NCBI GenBank assembly: GCA_964016885.1
Contig: OZ024755.1
Coordinates: 2,790,001-2,854,000 of the forward strand
DNA length: 64,000 nt
Source of the DNA: Eledone cirrhosa
Lineage: Eukaryota
Direction: 5' to 3'
Every line of letters starts with the position of its first letter. Positions within the stretch are counted from its first letter, which is position 1. This document shows, one piece after another, positions 1 to 14,956 of the stretch. The translations under genes were made by a program, and so were the position numbers. Under the pieces are notes generated by a model. That model saw nothing but the letters and a program-made list of their open reading frames with translations. It made no database searches and had not been told where the DNA came from.

Positions 1-97
1 ATCATCACCATCAGCATCATCACCACCATCATCATCATCATCATCATCATCGTCATCATTATCACCGCAGGAGGCCATTCCAAAATTACCTCAACTA

Positions 98-1024
98 ATG
101 TCAGAGATATCAACTATAACAACAACAATAACAACAGCAGCAACAACAATAACAACAACAGCAATAACAACATCAAAATCAAACGCTGAATGTCAACAGT
201 TAAATTCAATAAATATATAAACTTATGCACTAAGCAGCCAGTGGTATATATATATATATATACTATATATATATATATATGATATATATATATATATATT
301 AATATAAATGGAAACAAATGAAACGAAATTTCATTTCTCACTCTTAGTACGGCTGTTACTTAAATATAAGTATGTATACGTGCATACATATATGTTATAC
401 AGACGTACAGTAGTATGTTATATATATATACATACATGCACACATATATATATGTAACGTATGGATTTAACGAACATTTATTATAATGCTCGGTGTGTTT
501 GCAAACAAAACATCCCGAATTAAGCCGTACAGTGTTTAGCAACCATCGTTGCCCTTTTGTTCAACTTGACAAAGGAACGAATGTACTAGTTTCAAGCTTA
601 TTAGCTATCGTCAGCACCGTAGATACCTTCCTGTTTACAAACAAACCGAGCATTATAATAAATGTTCGGTACATCCATACGTACATGTATATTATGTGTG
701 CATGTATGTATATACATACTACTGTACGCCTGTATACATATATGTATGCACGTATACATACTTATATTTAAGTACACAGCCGTACTAAGAGTGAGAAATG
801 AAATTCGTTTCATTTTGTTTCCATTTATATATATATGTATATATAATATATATAGTATATATATATATATATTATATACCCTGGCTGCTTAGTGCATAAT
901 TTTATATATTTATTGAATTTAACTGTTGACATTCAGCGTTGAGTTTTGATGTTGTTATTGCTGTTGTTGTTATTGTTGTTGCTGCTGTTGTTATTGTTGT
1001 TGTTATAGTTGATATCTCTGACAT
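98..1024. mobile_element. Fold-back element (arms ~98-505 / ~635-1024) related to the 510-bp hammerhead repeat
   Basis: atgtcagagatatcaactataac at 98 is the reverse complement of gttatagttgatatctctgacat ending at 1024; the arms match over ~400 bp with small indels. On the minus strand, ~625->310 aligns to the array unit (shared actgtacgtctgtata, tactaagagtgagaaatgaaatttcgttt and the ribozyme block). Confidence 0.8.
577..620 (-). ncRNA. Minimal type I hammerhead ribozyme (diverged copy)
   Basis: Minus strand: acggtg CTGACGA t agct aata agct t GAAA ctag TA cat(t)cgt. Core boxes are intact, stem II is AGCT/AGCT, the ACTAGT palindrome is present, and stem I has a 1-nt bulge. Confidence 0.75.
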
Positions 1025-1176
1025 ATATATATTGCAATGTCTACCCCATTTTTGGCGTATACAATACAATACAATAGGAAATAGGAGGGAACATAATAAT
1101 AGTACCACTGATTGATGTTGCAGATGTGCAACGAAAGAACTTTGATAGACTATATAATATATATATTTATATATCT

Positions 1177-1338
1177 GTATCTTTAACTGTTGGTCAATCA
1201 ATGATAAACCTTGATTGCCAAATAAATAAACTATGGAGATATAAAAGATACAGAAGCAAAAACCAACCAAACAGTGAGTGTGTTCTGTTATTATTTCTAG
1301 CAATATATTACAACAATATGACCCTCCCCAAGTATAAT
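1177..1338. mobile_element. Short interspersed repeat family B, linear copy
   Basis: Closely matches 19395-19560. Its end (ctgttattatttct...atatgaccctccccaagtataa) matches the palindrome arms at 41301-41418 and 49802-49876. Confidence 0.8.
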
Positions 1339-1355
1339 TTAATTTTGTAATATTA

Positions 1356-1555
1356 NNNNNNNNNNNNNNNNNNNNNNNNNNNNNNNNNNNNNNNNNNNNN
1401 NNNNNNNNNNNNNNNNNNNNNNNNNNNNNNNNNNNNNNNNNNNNNNNNNNNNNNNNNNNNNNNNNNNNNNNNNNNNNNNNNNNNNNNNNNNNNNNNNNNN
1501 NNNNNNNNNNNNNNNNNNNNNNNNNNNNNNNNNNNNNNNNNNNNNNNNNNNNNNN
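1356..1555. other. Assembly gap (200 N)
   Basis: Run of 200 N; the round size suggests a scaffolding join of unknown true length. Confidence 0.99.
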
Positions 1556-2287
1556 TTTTGATACCAATTTTGTGCAACAGATTGGATTACCATTCCGTTG
1601 GTAAAAATGCGTGCATATATATATCTGAGTATATAATTATATATATATGTATATATATACACACACTATATATATATGAACCTAACAATATATAAATGAC
1701 AATTCCTTTACTTGCCTCGAGGAAGGAGGAGGAGGGGTGAGTTAGAGGAACCATGGACGATGCATTGTTAACAACTTCTCCTGTCAATGTGACATAAAAC
1801 CATAAACTTCAAAAGACCGAGTAAAGTAGAACGTAAAAGAAGCGGGTATATTTCCATATTCCATCCAATTGGTCACTTGAAATCACCGCCGCCTGTGTGG
1901 TCAACCATTAATCTCTGGAGCATTCCACCATAAAACTTGACCATTTAGGATATTTTAGACAAAGACAAGCCATTATTGAAAACGAGTGTCAGCTCTTCAC
2001 CCATTATTATTCATATTATTATTACTGTTATCCCGATTCGGTTTAATATTACTATTCAATTTTAAGCCACATTATTTATTTGTAAGTTTTTATTTTCCTT
2101 TTTCTCACCCCCACCACCCGAACATCCACCAGCACCTCCCCAACACCGACCACCACCACCCACAACCACTCTCAAACAAAGATAAGGAAATTAAAACCAT
2201 TTAGAGCAATTTTGTTTCTTGTTCGGCATTCCAATATTCCTGGCATTAGATGGAACAAAAGACATTTCAACCATTGCAATTTTGTTG

Positions 2288-2292
<5 letters not shown>

Positions 2293-2328
<36 letters not shown>

Positions 2329-2555
2329 AAGAATTAGAGAAATAGAGGCACACACACACATACACACGCTCCACTCACATACACACGTGTATATACATAT
2401 ATATATAAACATATATATACATATATTTATACACATATATATATACACATATATATACACATATATACATACATATATATATATATGTACATATATATAC
2501 ATATATATATATATACATACATATATATATATATGTAAATATATGTACATATATT

Positions 2556-2603
<48 letters not shown>

Positions 2604-2874
2604 CAAACATACATATACATACATATATATATATATATATACATACAAACATACATATACACATACATATATATATATATATATATACATACAAACATAC
2701 ATATACATATATATATACATACATATATATATATATATATATACATACAAACATACATATATACATACATATATATATATATATATATACATACAAACAT
2801 ACATATACATATATATATACATACATATACATATATATATACATACATATACATATATATACATATACATACAT

Positions 2875-2918
<44 letters not shown>

Positions 2919-2950
2919 TATCTGAATATATATACGCATACATATATACG
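2293..2950. repeat. (TA)n/(CATA)n compound microsatellite
   Basis: Visible directly; includes recurring tacatacaaacatacata subunits. Confidence 0.95.
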
Positions 2951-3500
2951 GTAAGTTATCATATTTGCGATAAAAGCTTTGATGATTTTCTTATTCGTAT
3001 GTGGATTTTGATAATACAGTTCAAGAGTTGATTCTTGGCAAACTTAACTTGTTTCTGAGCAAAAAGGAAAATATAATTGAATGAAAATTATAGTAATTCT
3101 GTCGCTTTGTCTGTAGTTGATCAACCTCATAGGCCAATCTTTATGCTGCCGACTGTGGAACTGATCACTTAATGACCACTTTCAAATAACTAGAGGCGGT
3201 GTGTATATTATTTGTGAGCTAACAGCACACAGGTCTCGCGTTCAAATCTACTGAAGGCTAAGTGTGGGTTGCAGCTGTTGTATATAATAATCAATTAAAC
3301 TAAATGGTTTCTAAACCGCAATAGATTTCTTCAGTAGGTGTTACAATCAATTTAGAACAGCAGTCAACGCGTCTCTACTACACAAACCTCTGGAAATATA
3401 CAGAAATATTGGCAAATGATATTAAGACTAATGCAAAGCGGCGAAATGGCAGAGTTCTTAGAACGTTAGAGGGAATGTTTTGTAGTATTTGTTTCGATTC

Positions 3501-3930
3501 TCAAATTCCGTCGATGTCTACTTTGCCTTTTGTCATTTCGAGGTTGATAAAAAAAGTACCAGTCAAGTACTGGGGTCGATCCTTCCTTTGTATATTTTTC
3601 TCGCTTCCATTTTCTGACTCTCTATCATTCTCTGGAAGAAATCTAATTTTGGGACAAACCCAGCAATCTTGGGGACACGGGGACAGTCGATTATATCGGC
3701 CACAGTACTTCATTGATACATTATTTTATAGGCTTCTAAAGGATAAAAGACAAAGAGGGCCTTGGTGGGATTTGAACTCAGAGCGTACAGGCCCAGAGAA
3801 AATACAGTTAATCATTTTTCCGACGTTCTCGGGGTCGATAAAATAAAGCACCAGTAATGCACTGGGATCGAATTAAACGACTTTCCCTTCCCCACAAAAT
3901 TGGTGGCCTTGTGCCTAAACCAGACATCAT
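3501..3930. mobile_element. Cluster of three decayed SINE family 1 fragments (+ 3501-3580, - ~3640-3790, + ~3825-3930)
   Basis: Motifs shared with 14768-14956: tttgcctt, ggggtcgataaaataaag, taccagt, ggccttgtgcc, and reverse B-box ggatttgaactc. Confidence 0.7.
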
Positions 3931-5066
3931 TATAACATGATGGTGATGATGATGATGATGATGATGGGGCTAATGGTGAAGTAGCAAGGCTTCTGCCTGG
4001 CTTTAAACATGATCCCTAAATCAATCTAAAACCTAAGATAGCACTACAAATCTCATGCTAAAAGTAGTCGTGCCTCATAAATCATTAAAGAGGAAATTAA
4101 TGGTGTACTTCTTCATACAACATACAAGTATAACATATCGAAACAGAATAACAACAACAAAGGGACAAAAATAATTATCGGTCGCTTATCATAATTATTT
4201 GATTACACTAATTGGAACCGTAAGCAATTAAATGTGGATTAAGATAGTATTAATGAAACAGTACATTTGTATGTTGAACCATCTCTTCGGTTTAAATAAA
4301 TATGATAACACGAACGTCATTTCATCAGAGTGTTTAACTCCATACGTTGTCTTAGATTAAAGAAATAATTAGAATCCAAAATGGAATTTGTCTTAGGCAA
4401 TAATTAAACTAATTGGTTAAGTGGTAAATATATGTTTGTCTTTTAAACCCCTAAACTATGTGAGCAAACACAGTTTGACCGAATGGCTAAGTTATTTGGC
4501 TTCGGGTTTCATCACACTGTATGACCTCTCGAGTAAGTGTCACATACATTAGCTTCGAGTGGAGCTCTGAATAGTCAGTGAAAACGTTTAAACGGACATT
4601 ATTTGGGAGCCTGTCCGTTGTATTGTACCTGTATATAAAAGAACCCTGTAAATATTTTCACATATGTCACACTGAATTCCTCTGAATATTACGTCATGGG
4701 TACACAAGTCTGTAGAACTCTCAGACACTCACAAATAAATTTCACGTGCCGACTATTTCAAAAATCGAACAATGAATCATTGAAACCGACGGAGGTCCTT
4801 TTGAAAATATTTGACCAAGTTGCCTTGGAATGTTATTTGTTTTAGAGCCAATTTCAGAATGAAACACAACTCGATAATTGTTAAGGTAGAAGGATTTCTT
4901 AAATACATCCACGTTATTGTATTCGGGTTTATTAGAAAATATAAAGAAATGTTGAGAACAATGAATGTTAGAATAACTGTACTATATCGGCTATTGATGA
5001 AATATAGAGGAGAGACGAAACACCCCGCATACATGTAGATAGACACACAAACACACATACATACAC

Positions 5067-5079
<13 letters not shown>

Positions 5080-5157
<78 letters not shown>
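5080..5157. repeat. (AG)n microsatellite
   Basis: Pure GA run. Confidence 0.98.
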
Positions 5158-5161
<4 letters not shown>

Positions 5162-5829
5162 CATACATACATACATAGATTCATATATACATATATATAT
5201 ATATATATATAGTACATAGTCATATATATATACACACACACACACATGTAGATAGAAATACAAACACACATACATATATATATATAGATAGATACATACA
5301 TACATATGTATATATATACATACACAAGAAGTATAATATATATGCACACACGCATATATATATGTATATTTATATATACGGTATATATGCGCATTAGTGT
5401 ATATGTATATATATATATATATAATAAAAGGATATTACACTCCCTATATATTTAATATACATACACACACACTCATATATATATATGTACTCTCTTTCTT
5501 TTTCTCTCTCCATTTTTCTCCCCCCTTTTTTATCTCTCTCTCCTCTTCCTCCTGGCCTTTTGATTAATAAAAGGCCTCGGGCGCACCCGAACTCCACCGA
5601 TGTCCTGTAATTCAGCGCCGAAACATCGGAGCGTGAAACATTAACAGCTGACGATGGACACTCCTTTCTTCCTTTCTCCCCACGTGGGGTCAGTAATAGT
5701 CATTCCTTGTATTAGCATTGAACTAAAACCTGTTGAAAAAGTGGCTCCTTGTTCAATCATCTAACCAGAAGACTAACATTTTTATGTTAGCGGACAGTAC
5801 TTGATTTAGGATACGATTCTCGATCATTT

Positions 5830-5850
5830 ATATTTATATATATATATATA

Positions 5851-5889
<39 letters not shown>

Positions 5890-6837
5890 ATATATATGTA
5901 TATGTGTATATATATATGTATATATATATGTATATATATATGTATATGTATATATGTATATATATATGTATATATATATGTATATATATATGTATATATA
6001 TATGTATATATATATGTATATATGTATATGTATATATATATGTATATATGTATATGTATATATATATATGTATATATATATATATGTATATATATATATG
6101 TATATATATATATGTATATATATATATGTATATATATATATGTATATATGTATATGTATATATGTATATATATATATGTATATATATATATGTATATATA
6201 TATATGTATATATATATATGTAGATATGTATATGTATATATGTATATGTATATATGTATATATATATATGTATATATGTATATGTATATATGTATATGTA
6301 TATATGTATATGTATATATGTATATGTATATATGTATATGTATATATATATATGTATATATATATATGTATATATATATATGTATATATATATGTATATA
6401 TATATATGTATATATATATATGTATATATATATATGTATATATATATATGTATATATATATATGTATATATATATATGTATATATATATATGTATATATA
6501 TATATGTATATATGTATATATATATATGTATATATATGTATATATGTATATATATATATGTATATATATATATGTATATATATATATGTATATATATATG
6601 TATATATGTATATATGTATATGTATATATATATATGTATATATATATGTATATATATATATATGTATATATGTATATATATATATGTATATATATATATG
6701 TATATATATATATGTATATATGTATATATATATATATGTATATATATATATGTATATATATATATGTATATATATATATGTATATATATATATGTATATA
6801 TATATATGTATATATATATATGTATGTATATATGTAT
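5830..6837. repeat. (TA)nTG interrupted microsatellite
   Basis: ~1 kb of TA with periodic G. Confidence 0.97.
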
Positions 6838-7424
6838 ACTGGTAACATGTATCCCAGTACAACCTGTCTCATGGTCGGGTCGTCGGCGACTAAACTGGCA
6901 ACCCCACCAAGGTTTCTTAGTGAGGAGGGTGACTTTGGACATCCTGCAGGACTAAAAACAAAACCTGTCAAAGGGCAAAGGAGCTCTTAAGAGTCAATGG
7001 CCATCCAAAATCACTGGGAGAGATGACCCCTTAGCCTTTGTCAAGGCAGAATTCTAGGAGAAGGAAAACTCTGATATAACACCTGCAACCCTGATGGTAT
7101 CCAATGATGTTGACTTGTTCTTCTTTTTGGTAAATATCATCTTGGTTAAGAGAGTGGGACTGGCTTTGTGCAGTGCCTTTGCTCACTATAAAAGCTTCAC
7201 GGCACAGGCATTGCTTTATATCTGGAGATCTCTCTGCACTTGTCGTCACATGGTACCATGGGCCCAGCACTGTGTGTCAATGATTGTCACAAGTGTAGTG
7301 TTTGTACCAGAGTTTTCAAGTCGCTGGCTGGACTAAAAAGTCACACTTGTTCAGCGCATCGGTAGGGGTTCTCCTACATGGATATACAGTAGTGGCCGTA
7401 CTCGAAAACGAGTTGGCAGCCACC
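6838..7424 (+). mobile_element. Internally deleted RTE-like LINE derivative (5'UTR-like part plus ORF C-terminus with C2H2 finger)
   Basis: GC-richer insert splitting a TA tract. ctaggagaaggaaaactctga (~7054) resembles RTE-clade 5' regions. Frame 1 at 7279-7365 reads [28 protein letters not shown], a CxxC-x12-H finger like RTE ORF ends. No RT or endonuclease is present. Confidence 0.65.
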
Positions 7425-9004
<1,580 letters not shown>

Positions 9005-9135
9005 GAATAGAGTGAATGAAATGACTAAGGCGAAAAATTATAAATACATTGTAAAATAACTAAACAGAAAAGTGGTTTAATTACACTTATATCAGTACAT
9101 ATTTAATGTAATATTTCAATAGATATCTGCATGGT

Positions 9136-9321
9136 TGTGTGTGAGGGGCGAGTATTTGTGTATGTGCATATGTGTGTGTATGAGGAGCGAGTATTTCTGT
9201 ATGTGCATATGTGTGTGAATGAGGAGCGAGTATTTGTGTATGTGCATATGTGTGTGTATGAGGGGCGAGTATTTGTGTATGTGCATATGTGTGTGTATGA
9301 GGGGCGAGTATTTGTGTATGA
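9136..9321. repeat. 40-bp minisatellite, ~4.5 copies
   Basis: Unit close to gtgtgtgtatgaggggcgagtatttgtgtatgtgcatat. Confidence 0.92.
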
Positions 9322-10262
9322 TATTCTTTTTTTTTTTTGTATTTAAACATAACTAAAGGTATATGGGCGGAAATAAACAAACATACATGCATATATATAC
9401 CCATACTACACACACACGTAAATATGTATATATGCCTGTTTCTCTCTCTCAGCACACAGACACACACACACACACACATATATATATGTGTGATTCTCCC
9501 TGTGTAGATATATATTTTCGTGATTACTATACTGAAAGCATTTATCCAAGCGTGTCTTGGAATGTATCTAAATATATTTTTGTATAAATCATTATATCAC
9601 TTTGCGTATGTAACAAGAATAAATATACACATATTAATCTCTCTATATATATACAGGTATACACGCACAAACTCATGCAGAGAGAGAGAAAGCTATATGT
9701 ATATATATATAGAGAGATATATATGTATGTATATATATAGATATTATATATGTATGTATATATAGAGATATTTATATATGTATATATATAGAGAGATATT
9801 TATATATATATAGAGAGAGATATTTATATATATATAGAGATATTTATATATGTATATATATAGAGATATTTATATATGTATATATATATATATTTATTTA
9901 TATATGTATATATAGATATTATATATGTATGTATATAAATATTATATATATATAGAGAGAGAGATATTATATAGATATATAGATATCTGTATAGATGTAT
10001 ATAGATAGAGATATATAGAGATATAGATATATGTGTATAAAGAGATATTATGTATGTATGTAAATATATATAGCATATAACACAGATATGTATCCTTACT
10101 TTCCACAATATATCTGTTAAATCTATTCGTGCATATCAGACAATATTTTCCATACATTCATGTTTACCATGTTGATGTAGTTATATGCGGTGGTCTCATG
10201 TTGGTTTATAAGCATGAAGCATGAAACTTATTATACACGTATATTCAAATATCTCGATCTTA

Positions 10263-10293
<31 letters not shown>

Positions 10294-10314
10294 GCTCATA
10301 TATATTTGTGCTTA

Positions 10315-10356
<42 letters not shown>

Positions 10357-10404
10357 GCATATACACACACATTGTACTTGTGTTCACATATATACATATA
10401 TATT

Positions 10405-10517
<113 letters not shown>

Positions 10518-10558
10518 TGTGTTTGTGTGTATATATATACACGCACACACATTGTGTT

Positions 10559-10612
<54 letters not shown>

Positions 10613-10623
10613 TTGTGTTTGTG

Positions 10624-10655
<32 letters not shown>

Positions 10656-10719
10656 GTGTTTGTGTTCATATATATACATATATATATATAATGTATATAT
10701 GTGCGTTTGTTTGTGTCGT

Positions 10720-10751
<32 letters not shown>

Positions 10752-12567
10752 CACATGTGTATCTTATATGTATATACTTGACTTTTTTATGAATAGAAAA
10801 AGCGAAGGCTTGTAAGCTCACACATGTATGATATTTAACAGCTATGTGTGGACTTGTACGTATAATCTTTTCAAATATATATTTATATCGTTTTTAGAGT
10901 ACATTACAGCATCACGTATAATCAACGACTACGCCTGGCAAAGCATAAGCTCGTACATGACATATATATACACTCATATATAGACACATTCTTTGTCAAA
11001 TATACACAAACAAACACACACGAGTGTACGGGTCTGCGTGCGCTCAGGCAGTCCTATTTGGAAGAAAGAAAAAAAAACCGTACATTTTCCTCGGCAGCCA
11101 TTACACTCCTTAACCCCCCCCTCTCTCTCTCTCCTCTCACTTCTCCCTTTAACAATGTACCCCGTACAACAAGTGGATGTGCACCGATGCGTGAAACATC
11201 GTTTGGCACTTCATCATTGCTGATGTGTTCAGCGGAGTGTAACTAAAGCCGCAAACAACACCAACAACGAGGACAACAACAACAACGACAACAACAATAG
11301 CAACAATAACAACAATTCGTAAAAATGTTACATAGCACCAATAACAACATCAACAAGAGCAACAACAACAATAATAATTCTATAGAACAAACAATTAAAA
11401 ATAAAGTTGTAACAATAAGAATAACTGCTACAACTTCACATACATGATGACTACCAGGATTGCAATAACAACAACAATTATATATAACAATTAACATTGC
11501 GCCCATAACAATAACTATTTCTGCTTCAACAATAACAACGAAATCTAGATGATGCCGAGTATGATTGTAACAACAACAACAGCAGCAACAATAACTGGAA
11601 AAAAAAAAGATTTTTGCAACAAGTGGAAAAGCAAAGCCATGTGCCACAAATGAATGTAGCATTGTAGACAAAAGCTACAACAACAACAACAACAAGGAAG
11701 CAATTGCAACAACAATGAAAATACAGGAATTCACAAGAATACACAAACACAACAACCAAATCGTAGCTAACATTATAAGAACATGCAGTAATGATTTGTG
11801 CCGTAAGGACAATAGGAAAATTATTTCACCTTAAAATATCACAACAGACCCCCCCCCCTACATTTACCCAACCCGATCTCTACCATCAACAACAACATCA
11901 ACAATACCAACAACAACAACACCAACAACAACAACGCCAACACCATCACCACCACCACCACCATTACTACCACTACCATCATATCAACTACATTAACAGG
12001 AATCATACATGGCCGACAGAAAATATAGTGGGAAGTTCCACAGATGGAGCCGTGGACTGGCCATCTTAATCCACGTCGAAACTGACGGAGGTCCATTCCA
12101 CTCTAGTAACTTTTAATATTCTTAGTCCTTGATCTCTCAACTTCATCATTTTGCTATTATTGTTGTTCTTATGTAGTTTGATTCTTATTACTTTGTCTTT
12201 TTCTTTCTCTCCTCTGTTTCTTTCTGTTTCTGTGTTTCTTTTTGTTTTGTTTTTGTGTACCCTCTTCAACTTCCGTTTCAACAAATTCTCGTGTCATTGC
12301 TTCCCCCGATCCGCCTCTCTGAACAAAATATTTAAGATATTTTAAAAACATCATGTGTGAAATATTCCATAGTGATTCTCACCAATAATGACTATTTTCA
12401 ACTATTTCTTAATAAAACAATGTGTGAAATCAAATGAGTAATATAATTAATTAAATAATTATTGGTCTGCAATAAATTGTTCATTCAAATAGAATGTGTT
12501 GTTCTATCCATTATTTTTCTATGAAACATACACAATGAATTCAGTTTAGAACTATACAGCATCAATC

Positions 12568-12800
12568 TACAATGTCTGTCGAAAAAGTATCCGATTTTTT
12601 GGTTGGGAATAAAAAATATTACGTACGTGTGGGGTTCGGTGGCTAATCCCCTCGAAGAAGGCCCTCTTGTGCACCCAGAAATTCCAGAGAATGCTTCACT
12701 GTTCGACGTACATTTGGAATGTTTCCTCTAGAATGCCATTCAGCTTCGCTGTTGCAGTCCACCTGAGGTGCGGTCAGCTCTCAAATTGAAAGATTTTTCA
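12568..12800 (-). pseudogene. Decayed mariner-type transposon 3' end (transposase C-terminus plus TIR remnant)
   Basis: The minus strand at ~12757-12645 translates ATAKLNGILEETFQMYVEQ*SILWNFWVHKRAFFEG, resembling the mariner C-terminal pattern (L..IP...FQ.CF..W..RW..CV...G.YFEG). tacaatgtctgtcgaaaaagtatccga at 12568 resembles a mariner TIR. Confidence 0.6.
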
Positions 12801-14241
12801 ATGACATCTACATTGTCTTCTCTGCACTTCTCTCTCTCATTTCTTTTCTTTAGTTACCATAGACTTAGATCTAAAATTATACAATAGTCTGGGGGAGTAA
12901 TGACGCTTCTTGTCATTTCTGTATCCATCACTTGCCTGTATTTCGTCCCCTGTATTGATTCATAAGCTTATAGGTAGATGTATGGTTCCTATTTTAAAAA
13001 CGAATAGTAATCACATATAGACTATCACCTGGTTCGTCAGACGTTGTTCAACGTTAAAGACTTTGATGATAATAAGAAACACTTCAAATTATCAAGCAAG
13101 GTATCACTTTTTGTCGACCTCAATAGTCCAAATGAGACTATAAAGAGTGGGGCTAGCCATCCTCTCACCTGTCAGGTAATTGGAACGGCTGTTTTGTTAG
13201 TTACCCATGTTCCCACGAAAATAATAATTACAGGTGAATTCAATATGCCAATAATATTTCTCTGTCAACTTCTTTATCAGGTTCATAGACCTTGCATTAA
13301 AAACAGTTTGTATGTGATAGTTCGTGTGCCAAAATATTTACATTTGACAGTGAAACCTTGATATACAAACATCCACTACTAAGTTGATAGTTTATTCAAC
13401 CAGCACCAAGTATCCAACAGCAACGACTTTAGTTTACCTTCAAAACGTAGAAACCATTACTGAGCTAACACTAATGAGGTTATATTTGTATTGATACGTG
13501 TTTACTTTGATGTCAGATATACGAAGGAAAATATTGCCTGTTTTCTTTCTCCCTCTCTCCAAATTAACACATATACACATCCCATTGACATGCTGTCTTA
13601 ATCCTGCTTTCTCTTTTATCATATTTTATATTAATTTTGGTTAATTATCTTCACTTCCTGCAGTAAACCATCATCAAATTTGTTGAAAGCTTTTTTTTTT
13701 TAAATTATTACATGAAATATTTCATCTTCAGTTAGATTTATTTATTTGTTTGTTTAATATTGCTAAAGTTGGGGTGCTAATTATATAGCATTTTTCTTCT
13801 GCATAGAACTGTTAGCAGTTAGACGTTTTCAGCGTTTAAAATATGGAATGTTTGTTTGTAAAAGAGAAAGTGTTAGAAAAACAACAAGTAAAAGATATGT
13901 TCTTAAAAGCATTAACAGGAAGTGTTAGAAAAAAAATTATAATTAAAATATGATGCAATAGAAGAATACAATTAAAATTTTAACCAAATGATGAAATGCA
14001 AAATAAACATTTGTCAAAAATTGTAAAATAGCATTAAATATATATGTGTAAATGTGTGGATGTTTATGCGTTTAGTTTACACATACATTATTATTACTAA
14101 ACTAAAGCAACCGTCACTGGCAATCAAGTATGACTTGGAAGTTTGTAGTATTACTTCACTAATGATTTGAGGTGTCGAAACAGTCGCCATCAAACAGAGA
14201 TACCTTCTCAACCTTCCTTTCCTTGATCCATACTCATGTAA

Positions 14242-14543
14242 CAGGATCAGATTTAATGAGGGAGGAGACAAAGGAGTGATAGCCCCGGGCCACTTGCAGT
14301 CGGAGCCCTACAAGCGACGGCCGTAAGAATTTATTTGTGCCCTCAGCTGGGCCTTTTTAGTTTAGGGGGGGGGGTAGAATTTTTGAATTTTATACCTGTA
14401 TGTATAACATTTCAATTCCAATTACTTGCACCAAGCTAACTTTATGTAAAATTGGGGGTTTGCTGTGTATACTATTTTTTTCTGTACGAGGGGCCTCCAA
14501 ACATGAGGTGCCCAGGGCTCCCCAATGTCTAAACCCCACGCTG
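14242..14543. mobile_element. Possible decayed hAT-type MITE
   Basis: Ends caggatcagattta ... tctaaaccccacgctg resemble CAGGGCCGGATTTA-type TIRs, with GC-rich gccc/ggcc subterminal motifs. No clean 8-bp TSD. Confidence 0.4.
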
Positions 14544-14767
14544 CATATACACACACAAATATTTTCCATTTATATATAATATAAGTAACCACTGTTCCTT
14601 TTTCCGTTCTTTATAGATGTTTATACCAACCACTCAGGATTTCAACAACTGTTATATATGATGGAACAGTGGACACATGCAGGGGTGAGTGTTGACGAGT
14701 TTCATTCTGTTATCTTATTCCACAGCTTCTGAGTTTCATAATGTTGGCTTCATTATTTCTGTTTGTT

Positions 14768-14956
14768 AGGGCGGTGGATTGTCAGTATCGGTAGAGGGTC
14801 GGATGCCATGCTTTGCAGCAAAGTGTTACGGCCCTTTATGATCTGAGTTCAAATCCTGCCGAGGTTAACTTTGCCTTTCATCCTTACGGGGTCAATAAAA
14901 TAAAGTACCAGTAATATACTGGGATAATTGCTGCCCTTGTGCCAAAAGGAGAAACA
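14768..14956 (+). mobile_element. Full-length tRNA-derived SINE, family 1
   Basis: A-box-like 5' end and B-box gagttcaaatcc; 16-bp TSD attatttctgtttgtt at 14752-14767 and 14957-14972; multiple homologues in the window. Confidence 0.9.

Noticed and set aside
5597-5660. ccgatgTC...GAAAcatcgg with a downstream CTGACGA as a type III hammerhead
   Set aside because: CUGANGA is not between stems I and II, and no stem II can form.
11791-12069. Poly-Q/poly-H ORF as a transcription-factor N-terminus
   Set aside because: It derives from CAA/CAC repeats, ends in a stop at 92 aa and has no domain or convincing donor site.
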